A stretch of 64,000 nucleotides of DNA from positions 12,025 through 76,024 of the forward strand of contig CAZTQR010000005.1 in the NCBI GenBank assembly GCA_964615795.1, written 5' to 3'. This document shows, piece after piece, positions 10,465 through 20,284 of the stretch. How positions within the stretch are numbered: the first letter of the stretch is position 1; every line of letters begins with the position of its first letter. The notes beneath the pieces were generated by a model, which ran no database searches, was not told where the DNA came from, and worked only from the letters and a program-made list of their open reading frames with translations. The position numbers and the translations under genes are program-made. The stretch comes from an uncultured Ignavibacteriaceae bacterium (GTDB lineage Bacteria; Bacteroidota; Ignavibacteria; Tepidaquicellales; Tepidaquicellaceae).

Positions 10465-11829
10465 TCAGATCCTCCTGATCTCAGCTCCAAGCCCTCTCAG
10501 CTTTTCATCAATGCTCTCGTATCCCCTGTCAATATAGACTGCTCCGTTCACAAGCGATTCACCCGTCGCTATCACACCCGCAATAAGGTATGAAAATCCT
10601 GCCCTCAGGTCAGGCACGTTTATTTCGGCGCCATGAAACGGCGTCGGACCTTTTACGACTGCGCTGTGATAGTAGTTTGTGTTGGCGAACCTGCACTCCA
10701 ACCCTCCAAGACATGTATTGTAAAGCTCGATCTCGGCTCCCATTTTCCTGAGCTCGTTCACATATCCGAACCTTTCTTCATAAACCGTTTCATGCACGAT
10801 TGATATGCCGTTTGCCTGCGTCATCAGGATCACAAAGGGTTGCTGCCAGTCTGTCATGAATCCGGGATGCACATTGGTCTCAATTGCAATTGACTTGAGT
10901 TCTCCTTCATAGAAAAACCGGATCCCGTTTTCTTTCACTTCATACTTTCCGCCGACCCTTCTGACTGCGTTGAGAAAAGTGATCAGATCATCCTGCACTG
11001 CATTCTCAATGAATACATCGCCTTTGGATGCAATTCCGGCACAGGCAAATGAAGCCGCCTGATTCCTGTCCGGTATTACATAGTGCTCCGCACCGTCAAG
11101 CTTCTCAACACCCTCAATAGTGATCTTACGGTCAGTGCTGATCTCAATTATGGCGCCCATCTTCTGGAGGAACTTTATGAGATCCAGTATCTCAGGTTCA
11201 ACAGCCGCATTTGTCAGGATTGTTCTGCCTTTGGCAAGAGAGCTTGCAATTATGATGTTCTCCGTAGCGCCAACGCTCGGATACTCCAGTCTTATGTTTG
11301 TGCCTTTCAGCTTGTCCGCTTCAAGAAGAAAGTAATCTTCCTTCACCGTCACCTTACAGCCCAGTTTCTCGAGAGAATCAATGTGAAAGTTCACAGGCCG
11401 TGACCCGATCCTGCATCCTCCCGGTACCGGTATCATTGCCTTGCCTGTCCTGTGAAGAAGCGGTCCGGCAAGAAGAATTGCTATGCGTGTCTTGTTCCCA
11501 AGTTCGCAGTCAATGCTGTTGGAAGTAATGTTACCGGTGGTTATTTCGAGTATATCCCGGTCAACTCTTATTTCGCTGCCAAGTGACCCGCAGATCTGAT
11601 TTGTCAGAATAAGGTCGCTTATCCTGTTCGGTGAATTGTGAAGTATGCTCTTCTTGTCTGAGAGAAGTGAAGCAACAACCAGTTTGGATGCTGAGTTTTT
11701 GGCTCCGCTCACTTTCACCGTGCCGTTGAGCGGATTGCCGCCTTTGATCAGAAATCTGGAATTGACTTCATCCGTATGCAAGCCGTTTGTGCCTAAGCTT
11801 TTGTCGTATTTGGCAGTCAGTCTTTCCAA
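10465..11829 (-). CDS. murA: UDP-N-acetylglucosamine 1-carboxyvinyltransferase
   Basis: [24 protein letters not shown] near the N-terminus. The catalytic-loop Cys lies in [16 protein letters not shown]. The C-terminus is [21 protein letters not shown]. The N-terminus may be over-extended (454 aa). Confidence 0.9.
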   Translation of the reverse strand: MERLTAKYDKSLGTNGLHTDEVNSRFLIKGGNPLNGTVKVSGAKNSASKLVVASLLSDKKSILHNSPNRISDLILTNQICGSLGSEIRVDRDILEITTGNITSNSIDCELGNKTRIAILLAGPLLHRTGKAMIPVPGGCRIGSRPVNFHIDSLEKLGCKVTVKEDYFLLEADKLKGTNIRLEYPSVGATENIIIASSLAKGRTILTNAAVEPEILDLIKFLQKMGAIIEISTDRKITIEGVEKLDGAEHYVIPDRNQAASFACAGIASKGDVFIENAVQDDLITFLNAVRRVGGKYEVKENGIRFFYEGELKSIAIETNVHPGFMTDWQQPFVILMTQANGISIVHETVYEERFGYVNELRKMGAEIELYNTCLGGLECRFANTNYYHSAVVKGPTPFHGAEINVPDLRAGFSYLIAGVIATGESLVNGAVYIDRGYESIDEKLRGLGAEIRRI

Positions 11830-12770
11830 AATCCCATCTCGCCGAATTTCTTCACCCTCATATCAAGCAGTTTGTCTTTCTTAAGTTTTGAGACCTGATT
11901 CAGCTCCTCGATGAGCGCACGTTTCAGCAACTCTGCCGCCATGTCATGGTCTCTGTGCGCTCCTCCCGGCGGCTCCTCAATAATCCTGTCAATTATTCCG
12001 AGCTTCAGCATGTCTTCTGATGTGAGCTTCAGGGCTTGTGCCGCCTGCTCCTTGTAGTCCCAGCTTCTCCAGAGAATTGACGAACATGACTCCGGTGATA
12101 TCACCGAGTACCAGCAGTATTGCAGCATCAGCACCCTGTCCCCTACACCGATTCCAAGGGCCCCGCCTGAAGCACCTTCACCTATGATTGCCACAATTAC
12201 AGGTACCTGAAGTCTTGACATTTCAAACAGATTCCGCGCAATCGCTTCCGCCTGGCCGCGCTCTTCGGCCTCAATTCCCGGATAAGCTCCCGGCGTATCT
12301 ATGAGTGTGATCACGGGTTTGCCAAACTTCTCCGCAAGCTTCATGAGGCGAAGCGCCTTCCTGTAGCCCTCCGGATTAGGCATGCCGAAGTTTCTGTACA
12401 GATTCGATTTCGTGTCTCTTCCTTTCTGCTGTCCGATGATCATGACTGTCTGTCCATCAATATCCGCGAAGCCGCCGACAATCGCCTTGTCGTCGCCATA
12501 GTGCCTGTCACCGTGAAGCTCAATGAAGTTCTCGGTCATCAGGTAAATGTAGTCGAGTGAATAAGGCCTTTCGGGATGCCGTGCAAGCTGAACTATCTGC
12601 CACGGTGTCAGCTTGGAGAATATTTCTGATCTGAGCTTGTTGACCTTGTCTTCAAGTATTCCGATCTCATCGGAAATGTCAAACCTTGAGGACATGCTTC
12701 TCATTTCCTCGATCTTCTTCTCGAGCTCTATGATGGGAAGTTCAAAATCAAGCGTGGTCTGTACGGCCAT
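11817..12770 (-). CDS. accA: Acetyl-CoA carboxylase carboxyltransferase alpha subunit
   Basis: 317 aa. Motifs [40 protein letters not shown] and [10 protein letters not shown]. It overlaps murA by 13 nt. Confidence 0.9.
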   Translation of the reverse strand: MAVQTTLDFELPIIELEKKIEEMRSMSSRFDISDEIGILEDKVNKLRSEIFSKLTPWQIVQLARHPERPYSLDYIYLMTENFIELHGDRHYGDDKAIVGGFADIDGQTVMIIGQQKGRDTKSNLYRNFGMPNPEGYRKALRLMKLAEKFGKPVITLIDTPGAYPGIEAEERGQAEAIARNLFEMSRLQVPVIVAIIGEGASGGALGIGVGDRVLMLQYCWYSVISPESCSSILWRSWDYKEQAAQALKLTSEDMLKLGIIDRIIEEPPGGAHRDHDMAAELLKRALIEELNQVSKLKKDKLLDMRVKKFGEMGFWKD

Positions 12771-12771
12771 A

Positions 12772-14727
12772 TCAGCTCCTGTTGTTTTTAAGGGTCAGAA
12801 AGAATGTCTTCAGAAGTATCTCCATGTCAAGTGCGGTTGATTGGTTTTTCGCGTAAAAGAAATTCAGGTTTTGCATCTCTTCTTCACTCATCGAGTCATA
12901 ATAATTCAGTTGTATGAGTCCCGTAAGCCCTTTCTTGCCGATGAACTGCGTATGTTCTTTCTTAAGCCAAACCGGATAACCGACCAGGCTGTATTTGCCG
13001 GAGAACACCTGCGGCAGGAGCAGCAATTTTGAAAAGGGCCCGGAAAGCGTCCTTCCGCCCAGGCTTCTGTACAGTTGAACTGCCGGATAGACAGTGGCCA
13101 GAAGTGGCGCGGAGAGCGCTATATCCATTATTCTTTTCAAAAATATATTCATTTTATTGTTAATATTATATTCAATTTCGATTAGATTGATCTCGTCGAT
13201 GCTGCTTGCATTAAGCTTTGAAAGTATGAGCTCCTTGTCTGAAGGAATGATCCTGAACCTGACGTTTCTGTTACGGAACCTCCACATGAGGTCAAGTATC
13301 TGCTGATTCGAGAAGCTCTCATCGGTGAATATCACTTCATGCACATTGTTGATCTGTATCTGCTCCTGAAGATCAAAGATCCTGTTCTTCTTTTCTCCAG
13401 CAAACCGGAGAATGTTGTATTTCGCGTTGAGCTTATCTTCGCTGTTCTGGCTCAGCTTGCCGCTTCCGACCACAAGCAGGTTGATCTTGTTAAGAAGGAT
13501 ATTCTTCTCCTTGAAGAACAGGAACATTGAATACACCCATCTCCAGGACAGAAGGAAAACAACGGCAAGTATTGTGGACGCAAGTATTACACTCCTTGAG
13601 AAGGCATATTCCTTGAAGAAGTATGTTATGGATGAATTGACGAAGAAGCCGGCAATCACTGCGTTGAACGCCCTTGCAAGAGAAAGCCTTTTCTTCTTTG
13701 TATAAAGTCCGAACAGGGCAAGCAGTATGATCCATACTATCACATAAACCGTGATAATGAAAAGATAGTCTTTGTTCGGGAAGATGTTGAACCTGATCCT
13801 TACTGCAAGTATGTAAGCGGCATAAAGAAGCACTGCATCAATGACAGGAAGCAGGAAATATCCCAGCAGTCTCTTGGAATATGATGCTGATGATCTTATT
13901 ATAATGCCGGCCTGAAGAAGTGGCGACAATAGCTTGGAAAACCCCGTCAGGTTCTTGCGCACAAAAATGCTCATTGCTCCGTAGAAATTGTTCACATACG
14001 ACAGGTGAGTCTTCCTTGTGCTCTCCCCCTTGAAATGAATAGTCGTCACTTCGGGATAGTAATATATCTTGTATCCGCTCTTTCGGATCTGAAAGCAAAG
14101 ATCCAGGTCTTCACCGTACATGAAATAGTCTTCATCAAAGTACCCTGATCTTTCAAATACTTTTCTCGGGATGAACATGAAAGCTCCGCAGATAGCATCC
14201 ACTTCGTGTGTCAGATTCTCGTCAAGATAAGTAAGGTTGTATCTTGCGAGCGTCTTGCTGTTGGGAAATAATTTTGAGAGCCCCAGTATCCTCGGAATGG
14301 CAACACCGGGTGTCGGGAAGCTCCTTCTGCAGGCAGAATCAAGCCTTCCGTTTGCAAGTATGAGCTTGGAAGTTACAGCTCCGGCATCCGGATGGTCCCT
14401 GCAGAATCCGATCATTCTTTCGAATGTGCCTTCTTCGAGAAGCGTATCCGGATTGAGTATGAGGACATATTCTCCTTCAGCTCTCTTCAGCGCTATATTG
14501 TTTGCCCTTGAGAATCCAATGTTCTGATCATTTTCAATCACCTCTACATCGGGATACTTTGACCTGATATGATCTGCACTGCCGTCTATTGAATTGTTGT
14601 CAACCAGGAAGATCTCAACCGTGAAATTACCTGATGCGGCCTTTTGCACGGATGATATGCAGTTGTCAACAAGGTCCCTGACGTTGTAGTTGACTATGAT
14701 TACCGATATGTCAACTTTTTCTCTCAT
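12772..14727 (-). CDS. Fusion protein: N-terminal GT2 glycosyltransferase + polytopic membrane region + degenerate phosphoglycosyl-transferase (bacterial sugar transferase) C-terminus
   Basis: The N-terminus [27 protein letters not shown] is GT2. Residues 270-400 are multiple hydrophobic helices. LLVVGSGK is a WbaP-like central domain. The C-terminus [50 protein letters not shown] aligns with the PGT at 16993..18369. It lacks the GPxxFxQxRxG..KFRTM segment and the DE of LDELPQ. Confidence 0.8.
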   Translation of the reverse strand: MREKVDISVIIVNYNVRDLVDNCISSVQKAASGNFTVEIFLVDNNSIDGSADHIRSKYPDVEVIENDQNIGFSRANNIALKRAEGEYVLILNPDTLLEEGTFERMIGFCRDHPDAGAVTSKLILANGRLDSACRRSFPTPGVAIPRILGLSKLFPNSKTLARYNLTYLDENLTHEVDAICGAFMFIPRKVFERSGYFDEDYFMYGEDLDLCFQIRKSGYKIYYYPEVTTIHFKGESTRKTHLSYVNNFYGAMSIFVRKNLTGFSKLLSPLLQAGIIIRSSASYSKRLLGYFLLPVIDAVLLYAAYILAVRIRFNIFPNKDYLFIITVYVIVWIILLALFGLYTKKKRLSLARAFNAVIAGFFVNSSITYFFKEYAFSRSVILASTILAVVFLLSWRWVYSMFLFFKEKNILLNKINLLVVGSGKLSQNSEDKLNAKYNILRFAGEKKNRIFDLQEQIQINNVHEVIFTDESFSNQQILDLMWRFRNRNVRFRIIPSDKELILSKLNASSIDEINLIEIEYNINNKMNIFLKRIMDIALSAPLLATVYPAVQLYRSLGGRTLSGPFSKLLLLPQVFSGKYSLVGYPVWLKKEHTQFIGKKGLTGLIQLNYYDSMSEEEMQNLNFFYAKNQSTALDMEILLKTFFLTLKNNRS

Positions 14728-16127
14728 TCCTTTGCTGCAGAAGATTTCCTGTAATAATTAAAGTAAATGTCACCTGTTTCTTCCACACCTGTTCTCACTT
14801 CAAGCGTACCCGTGCCCACAACTCTGCTCTCATAAACATACCTGACCGAATCTTCAGTAATGTCCGGCTTGCTTTGCTTTTCAAGAGTAGGAAATGCATC
14901 AACAATGTAATCAGGCCTAAGAACTTTTCTTACATACTCTTCGTCCGATTTATCCCTTTCGCCCTTGCCGTACTTGCCGTGCCTTGAGATGTAATAATCA
15001 TTCAGGCCGAGTCTGTCGTATGATCTCATTCCGGAATAATACGGCATTATGCCTGCAGATTCAACCGCAAGCGTTTCACCGGGCTCTGCATTGCTCTTCA
15101 GCCATAACCCGGCCATTTTCATCGCATCATAGTAAAGCAGTGTTTTGCGAAGTCCGAGCATCGGAAAAGACCTGGAATCCAGCAGTACATTCACAGGATA
15201 TGCCGCCATTGCAATTATTAGCAGCCACTTCATCAACGGTATGCCCTGCAATGAATCGAGGAGTCTGTCAAGTCCGATGCCTGAAAGAACAAATATGAAC
15301 GTGATAACCGGCACAAAGAACCTCTGAACAGGGAGCATGTCTCCTCCTATCATTACAAGATAAAGAATGTGGATCAATATGACGGCGCTTATATACTTCA
15401 CTTTTGGATTCTGACGGAAATGAAAAGCGGCATATACCGGCAATACGAGAATAAAACCTCCGGCCATACTGTCCCTTACAAACTTGTAGCAGTAATACAG
15501 CCCTGTTAACTGCTGATTTTCAAAACCCGTCTTGGCGTAAAATGTGTTGGGGAAAAAATGGCCGAAGTGATCCCATCTCCAGAGGAAGTAAATGCCGTAT
15601 GGGACGGCAAATATCAGCAAGGGCAAAACTATTTTACTCATTCTCTGCGACTGACTGACAGGATCCCTGCCCGAGAAAACATACAGAAATACAATGCTTA
15701 TCATGAAATACATTACTCCTTCGGGTCTCGTAAGCGATGCGAACATAAATGCCACAGACATCATAACCGCGTATTTATAGTTGAGAGTATCTTCAAACAT
15801 GAATACGCACATTACTCCTGCAAGGACAAGCAGTGAAAAGAAAACAGTCTCCATCCCTGAGTAGCTCCAGATCACAAATCCCGGATTCAATGCAATCAGA
15901 AACGGTGCGGCAAATGATGATATTCCGGTCAGTCTGAAATGCCTGACAGAAATAAGATATGCCGCAATGATGATCAGCACTCCGCAAGAGATTGAGATTG
16001 CCCTTGCAGAAGTGAGCAGGTCGGCGCCGGCTCCCGAAAATCCGGCCATTATCACCACCCACAGAAAGTTTGTGTATCCTTCTATCACATCGCCTTCATT
16101 GTAAACAAGGCCTTTGCCTGCCGCCAA
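14724..16127 (-). CDS. Polytopic membrane glycosyltransferase, GT-C-like (function inferred); the true N-terminus probably lies upstream of 16127
   Basis: 467 aa and highly hydrophobic. The track start is TTG (16125-16127). The same frame is open up to 16289. It encodes ..LNSKSFILAGIILLYLIFVVKVGYVADDAFISYRYADN immediately upstream, which is a TM helix plus a DD loop. The gene sits directly downstream of a Dpm1-like polyprenyl-phosphate sugar synthase. Confidence 0.6.
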   Translation of the reverse strand: MAAGKGLVYNEGDVIEGYTNFLWVVIMAGFSGAGADLLTSARAISISCGVLIIIAAYLISVRHFRLTGISSFAAPFLIALNPGFVIWSYSGMETVFFSLLVLAGVMCVFMFEDTLNYKYAVMMSVAFMFASLTRPEGVMYFMISIVFLYVFSGRDPVSQSQRMSKIVLPLLIFAVPYGIYFLWRWDHFGHFFPNTFYAKTGFENQQLTGLYYCYKFVRDSMAGGFILVLPVYAAFHFRQNPKVKYISAVILIHILYLVMIGGDMLPVQRFFVPVITFIFVLSGIGLDRLLDSLQGIPLMKWLLIIAMAAYPVNVLLDSRSFPMLGLRKTLLYYDAMKMAGLWLKSNAEPGETLAVESAGIMPYYSGMRSYDRLGLNDYYISRHGKYGKGERDKSDEEYVRKVLRPDYIVDAFPTLEKQSKPDITEDSVRYVYESRVVGTGTLEVRTGVEETGDIYFNYYRKSSAAKE

Positions 16128-16266
16128 ATTATCTGCATACCTGTAGCTTATGAATGCATCGTCGGCAACATATCCGACTTTGACAACAAAGATAAGGTAA
16201 AGAAGAATGATGCCGGCTAATATGAAGGACTTTGAATTCAGGAAAGGAAGAGGATTATGTTTGCTG

Positions 16267-16992
16267 TTATAACTTGCCGAAGACAGACTTCAGCTTTAGT
16301 TTCCAGACCATAAAGTATGCTTCATAAACAACCTTCCTTGACATTTTAGACTCCCCTTCGCGCCTGTCAATGAAAAGTATCGGCACTTCAACGATCTTAA
16401 ATCCCTTCTTGTAGAATTTGAACTTCATCTCTATCTGAAATGAGTAGCCGTTGGATTTCACTTCATCAAGATTGATCTGCTTCAGTGCGCATACCTTGTA
16501 GCACATGAATCCCGCCGTAGTATCCTTGACCTTCAGCCCTGTGACCGTCCTTGTATAAACGGAGGCCATGTAGCTGAGTATGAGCCGGCTGAGAGGCCAG
16601 TTGAGCACAGAGATCCCGTTCACATATCTTGAGCCGATCACCATATCATATCCTTCATCAATCTTTGCGATGAAGTCTTTGAGATACTTCGGGTCATGCG
16701 AAAAGTCTGCGTCCATTTCAAACACAACATCGTATCCTCTTTCAATCGCATATCTGAATCCCGCAACATAGGCCGTGCCAAGCCCGAGCTTCTTTTCCCT
16801 CCTCATCACGTTCACCGCGGGGTTGTTCATAGATTCCACAAGGTCTGCGGTTCCGTCCGGAGAATTGTCATCCACCACAAGTATGTTGAATGCGTTTTCC
16901 CCGTTGCTGTTCGCAAGCACATCAGGAATTATCTTTGTGATGTTGTCCGCTTCGTTGTATGTCGGGATGATGACAAGAATGCGCTTCTGCAT
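16267..16992 (-). CDS. Polyprenol-phosphate glycosyltransferase (dolichyl-phosphate mannose synthase-like, GT2)
   Basis: 241 aa. Motifs ILVIIPTYNEADNI, VVDDNSPDGT, MDADFSHDP and IGSRY are the classical Dpm1/GtrB-like signature. Confidence 0.85.
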   Translation of the reverse strand: MQKRILVIIPTYNEADNITKIIPDVLANSNGENAFNILVVDDNSPDGTADLVESMNNPAVNVMRREKKLGLGTAYVAGFRYAIERGYDVVFEMDADFSHDPKYLKDFIAKIDEGYDMVIGSRYVNGISVLNWPLSRLILSYMASVYTRTVTGLKVKDTTAGFMCYKVCALKQINLDEVKSNGYSFQIEMKFKFYKKGFKIVEVPILFIDRREGESKMSRKVVYEAYFMVWKLKLKSVFGKL

Positions 16993-18369
16993 CTATACGC
17001 CTTTCATTCTCAGCATCACGAAGACCGTGTTTGCCATTATTTTCAGATCGAGTTTCAGACTCATGTTTTCAATGTAAAAAAAATCGTACTGAAGCTTTGA
17101 CCGGACATCATCCACCGAAGTGTCATATTTGTGCTTCACCTGAGCCCACCCTGTGATCCCGGGTTTCACAAGCATTCGCTTGTAATAATATGGAATTTCC
17201 TTTTTCAGAAGATCAACAAAATACGGACGCTCCGGCCTCGGCCCGACAATGCTCATTTCATTCTTCAATACGTTTATCATCTGAGGAAGTTCATCCAGTC
17301 TTGACCTTCTCAGAAATCTGCCTATGCCCGTAACCCTCGGGTCATTTCCTCCGGACCACTGCGGCCCTTCTTCCTCAGCACCCACCTGCATTGTCCTCAG
17401 CTTGTACATCACAAATTCCTTTCCTTTTCTTCCGACCCTTTCCTGTTTATAAAATGCCGGGCCTTTTGAACTGAGTTTAATTATGATAACTGAAATGACT
17501 ATCAGCGGCGAAAAAACTATCAGCGAAACAATTGCAAGAACAATATCTATGACCCTCTTTGCCAGCATCGCTGCCGGTGACATGATCACAGAGGCCACTT
17601 CGATCAAAGGGACTCCGTATATCTGATTTGTCTTCGCCATGCCACTTACGATCTCATACATGTCCGGCAGGATCTTTGTGTTCACTTTTTCGTCCGTGCT
17701 GTACCTCAGCACTTCGAACAGCTTCTCCTTGTCTTCCGGCTCAAGTGCGACCAGCACCTCATTCACATCATGGTCCCTTATGATCTTCTGCATGTTTTGG
17801 ATCGGGCCGAGAGATCCTTCACTGCTTTGGCCATCCTCAGAAACAAACCCAACTGCCTTGTATCCGAGTTCGGGAGCATTGTCAATCATCTCCTTAAGCT
17901 CATTAGCTTTCTTTCCCGTGCCCACTATCAGCGTATTTCTGAGCCCGATGCCCTTTCCAAGCAGGTCCTTCTGAATGCTTCTGATGATTATCCTGCCGGT
18001 ACCGACAAACGTGAACATCAGCACCCAGTATATCACTATGAGAAATCTTGAGATCGCGGGAGCGTTCTTCATGAAGTCATCAAGGAATATTGCAAAGAAC
18101 AGGAACAGGCATCCGAAAGACACCGCCTTGAAGACAAGAGTGAACTCATCGAATCTTGACCTTGCAAACCAGTGCTGATAAAGTCCCGCAAAGGAAAAAA
18201 TTATCAGCCAGTAAATATAGACTGCTATTGAGGGGGCGAGGAACTCCGGTGGGTTTGCATAGAAGATCCAGCCTGACTCAACGCGTATGTAATAGTAAAC
18301 CGCCCATGCCAGATTAATAGTGATAAGATCTGAAAGGAACAGCAAAAACCTTTCTGTTGCCCTGGACAT
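16993..18369 (-). CDS. Polyprenyl-phosphate sugar phosphotransferase (WbaP/EpsB-type initiating PGT)
   Basis: 458 aa. It has N-terminal TM helices and the central domain LIVGTGKKA. The C-terminus reads KRVIDIVLAIVSLIVFSPL..SKGPAFYKQERVGRKGKEFVMYKLRTM..DPRVTGIGRFLRRSRLDELPQMINVLKNEMSIVGPRPERP..KPGITGWAQV. Confidence 0.9.
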   Translation of the reverse strand: MSRATERFLLFLSDLITINLAWAVYYYIRVESGWIFYANPPEFLAPSIAVYIYWLIIFSFAGLYQHWFARSRFDEFTLVFKAVSFGCLFLFFAIFLDDFMKNAPAISRFLIVIYWVLMFTFVGTGRIIIRSIQKDLLGKGIGLRNTLIVGTGKKANELKEMIDNAPELGYKAVGFVSEDGQSSEGSLGPIQNMQKIIRDHDVNEVLVALEPEDKEKLFEVLRYSTDEKVNTKILPDMYEIVSGMAKTNQIYGVPLIEVASVIMSPAAMLAKRVIDIVLAIVSLIVFSPLIVISVIIIKLSSKGPAFYKQERVGRKGKEFVMYKLRTMQVGAEEEGPQWSGGNDPRVTGIGRFLRRSRLDELPQMINVLKNEMSIVGPRPERPYFVDLLKKEIPYYYKRMLVKPGITGWAQVKHKYDTSVDDVRSKLQYDFFYIENMSLKLDLKIMANTVFVMLRMKGV

Positions 18370-18387
18370 TCCGGCAAATATTCAGTT

Positions 18388-19104
18388 TCAGAAATTATAA
18401 CCCGCAGAAGCAGCGTCATTGTAAAACATCTTAACTGTGTCGAGAGAAAGTTCGTCAAGATCCATACCAACCATCCTGAACTTCTTGAACAGGTCATTGG
18501 TCACAGTGATAATGTGGCAACCGCATTCTTCCGCCTGAAAAATGTTCAGCAGTTCTCGTGAACTTGCCCAAAGAAGCTCTGCATTAGGCTTTGCCTTCAA
18601 AATCTCAAGAGACTCCCTCATTGCAGGTTTCGGGTCTCTTCCGGTATCGGCAACTCTTCCTGCAAAGACCGATACAATTGCAGGCGTAGAATTGTCAAGA
18701 GCATCTGTCACCTTCTGCACTTGAGCAGTTGTCATGATCGCGGTCACATTCAGCTTGTAACCTTCACCGCTGAGCTTGCTGATAAGACTGTATGACGGCT
18801 CACCCCTGGTGTTTGAAACGGGAATCTTAATGTAAACATTTTCACCCCATCCGCCGATAACTCTTGCCTGCCTTTCCATTGACTCAAAATCATCGGTAAA
18901 AACCTCAAACGATATCGGCAAATCCTTTATCTCGCCAAGGACCGCCTTTGCAAAGGTGACATAATCCTTCACACCATCCTTTTTCATAAGAGTCGGATTT
19001 GTGGTGAAGCCCTTTACAAGCCCTTCTTTGTATGTCTTCTTCATTTCCTCAAGATTCGCACCGTCGGCAAAGATCTTGATCCTGAGCTCGCTTATTGATG
19101 GCAT
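18388..19104 (-). CDS. Transaldolase / fructose-6-phosphate aldolase family (short type)
   Basis: 238 aa. Motifs IKIFADGANLEEMKK and GFTTNPTLMKK. The Schiff-base Lys context is ENVYIKIPV. It overlaps gmhB by 13 nt. Confidence 0.8.
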   Translation of the reverse strand: MPSISELRIKIFADGANLEEMKKTYKEGLVKGFTTNPTLMKKDGVKDYVTFAKAVLGEIKDLPISFEVFTDDFESMERQARVIGGWGENVYIKIPVSNTRGEPSYSLISKLSGEGYKLNVTAIMTTAQVQKVTDALDNSTPAIVSVFAGRVADTGRDPKPAMRESLEILKAKPNAELLWASSRELLNIFQAEECGCHIITVTNDLFKKFRMVGMDLDELSLDTVKMFYNDAASAGYNF

Positions 19105-19688
19105 TCTGCTTTCTTGTTTGCTTGGGTAATAATTTCTGTCGCATTTGATAAACTCCCGGCAGTTACGGTCGCATTGGTGCTCAGGGACGTGTCATCATCC
19201 TGTCCGCCTGTAAGCAGAATTGTCCTCATACCGGATCTTCTTCCGCATTCTATGTCCGAGCCCCTGTCACCCACAAACCAGGATTCGCTTCTGTCTATTT
19301 CAAATTCCTTCACGGCCGTATCCACGAACAATGTACCAGGCTTCCTGCATTCGCAGGTCACAGCATACTGCTCTACAATTCCGTCCGGATGATGATAGCA
19401 TGCAAAATAACCGGCCAGATCAATTCCCATTTCCTGCATAAGTGATCTGAACCTGTGTTCAACAGCTTTAATGTTCTCCATTGATGTCTTTCCTTTTGCA
19501 TGGTCCGGCTGGTTGGTTATTACAAACAGAAGATAGCCCTGGCTGATGAGCTTATTAAGGGCTTCTTCTGCGCCATGATCAAGCTCAAGCTCATCCGGTA
19601 AAAACGGCGGATGGAGCTCATCCCTTTGCTTGTCGTAAACAAGCTTGCTGATTGTACCGTCCCTGTCGAGAAAGACCGCCTTCCTCAT
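19092..19688 (-). CDS. gmhB: D-glycero-D-manno-heptose 1,7-bisphosphate phosphatase (HAD)
   Basis: MRKAVFLDRDGT (HAD motif I). The Zn-finger insert CYHHPDGIVEQYAVTCECRKPG is typical of GmhB. GDRGSDIECG is also present. I moved the start to the ATG at 19688, which forms an ATGA overlap with the gmhA stop. The track start at 19706 adds only 6 residues. Confidence 0.8.
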   Translation of the reverse strand: MRKAVFLDRDGTISKLVYDKQRDELHPPFLPDELELDHGAEEALNKLISQGYLLFVITNQPDHAKGKTSMENIKAVEHRFRSLMQEMGIDLAGYFACYHHPDGIVEQYAVTCECRKPGTLFVDTAVKEFEIDRSESWFVGDRGSDIECGRRSGMRTILLTGGQDDDTSLSTNATVTAGSLSNATEIITQANKKAECHQ

Positions 19689-20284
19689 TTTGAGGCAGAC
19701 TCCCACTTCATCTCATTGTGCTTCACCTTCGGGTGCGTCACAAGCAAATGCCAGATGTTCGCCTGAAATGATTCTGTATGCGGAGTTATCGTGCCTGCAT
19801 TCACCACCGGTATGATAAGGCATGCATCGGCAATCTTTGCAGTGTAACCGCCGTCTTTGCCCACTATTCCCAATACCGAAGCCCCGCATTCTTTTGCAAG
19901 CTTCAGGGCATTCACAAGATTCACACTTATGTTCTTTTCAAGACTTCCGCCTCCGACAGAAAAAACAAATATGCAGTCTTTGCTGTTGAGCTTGCTTCCT
20001 TTGAGCCAGTTTGAATAGCTTGTATCCCAGCCGTCATCGTTGATCCTCGCCGTGAGTTCCGATACGTTATCTGTGGGTGAATATGATTCTATACCGGCAA
20101 TCTTCCTGAAATCATTTACAGCGTGCGATGCATGTCCGGCTCCTCCGCCAACTCCAAGGAAGAAAAGCCTGCCGCCACGCTCTCTCACTGATGAGATAAC
20201 TTCCGCCATCTTCTCAATGGCATTCGTATCAAGACTTTGCGCAATGCTGATAAGTTCACCTATGTATTGCTGGCTGTAGTTCAA
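19685..20284 (-). CDS. gmhA: SIS-domain sedoheptulose-7-phosphate isomerase
   Basis: 199 aa SIS fold (GGRLFFLGVGGGAGHASHAVNDFRK, FVFSVGGGS). It sits between gmhB and the heptose-1-P nucleotidyltransferase with 4-nt overlaps on both sides. Confidence 0.65.
   Translation of the reverse strand: MNYSQQYIGELISIAQSLDTNAIEKMAEVISSVRERGGRLFFLGVGGGAGHASHAVNDFRKIAGIESYSPTDNVSELTARINDDGWDTSYSNWLKGSKLNSKDCIFVFSVGGGSLEKNISVNLVNALKLAKECGASVLGIVGKDGGYTAKIADACLIIPVVNAGTITPHTESFQANIWHLLVTHPKVKHNEMKWESASK

Noticed and set aside
8830-12770. Treating the carboxyltransferase and accA genes as part of the NRPS cluster (extender-unit supply).
   Set aside because: There is no PKS or acyl-ligase module in the window. 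The genes are convergent to the NRPS operon and co-directional with murA and the polysaccharide array. They are most simply housekeeping genes.
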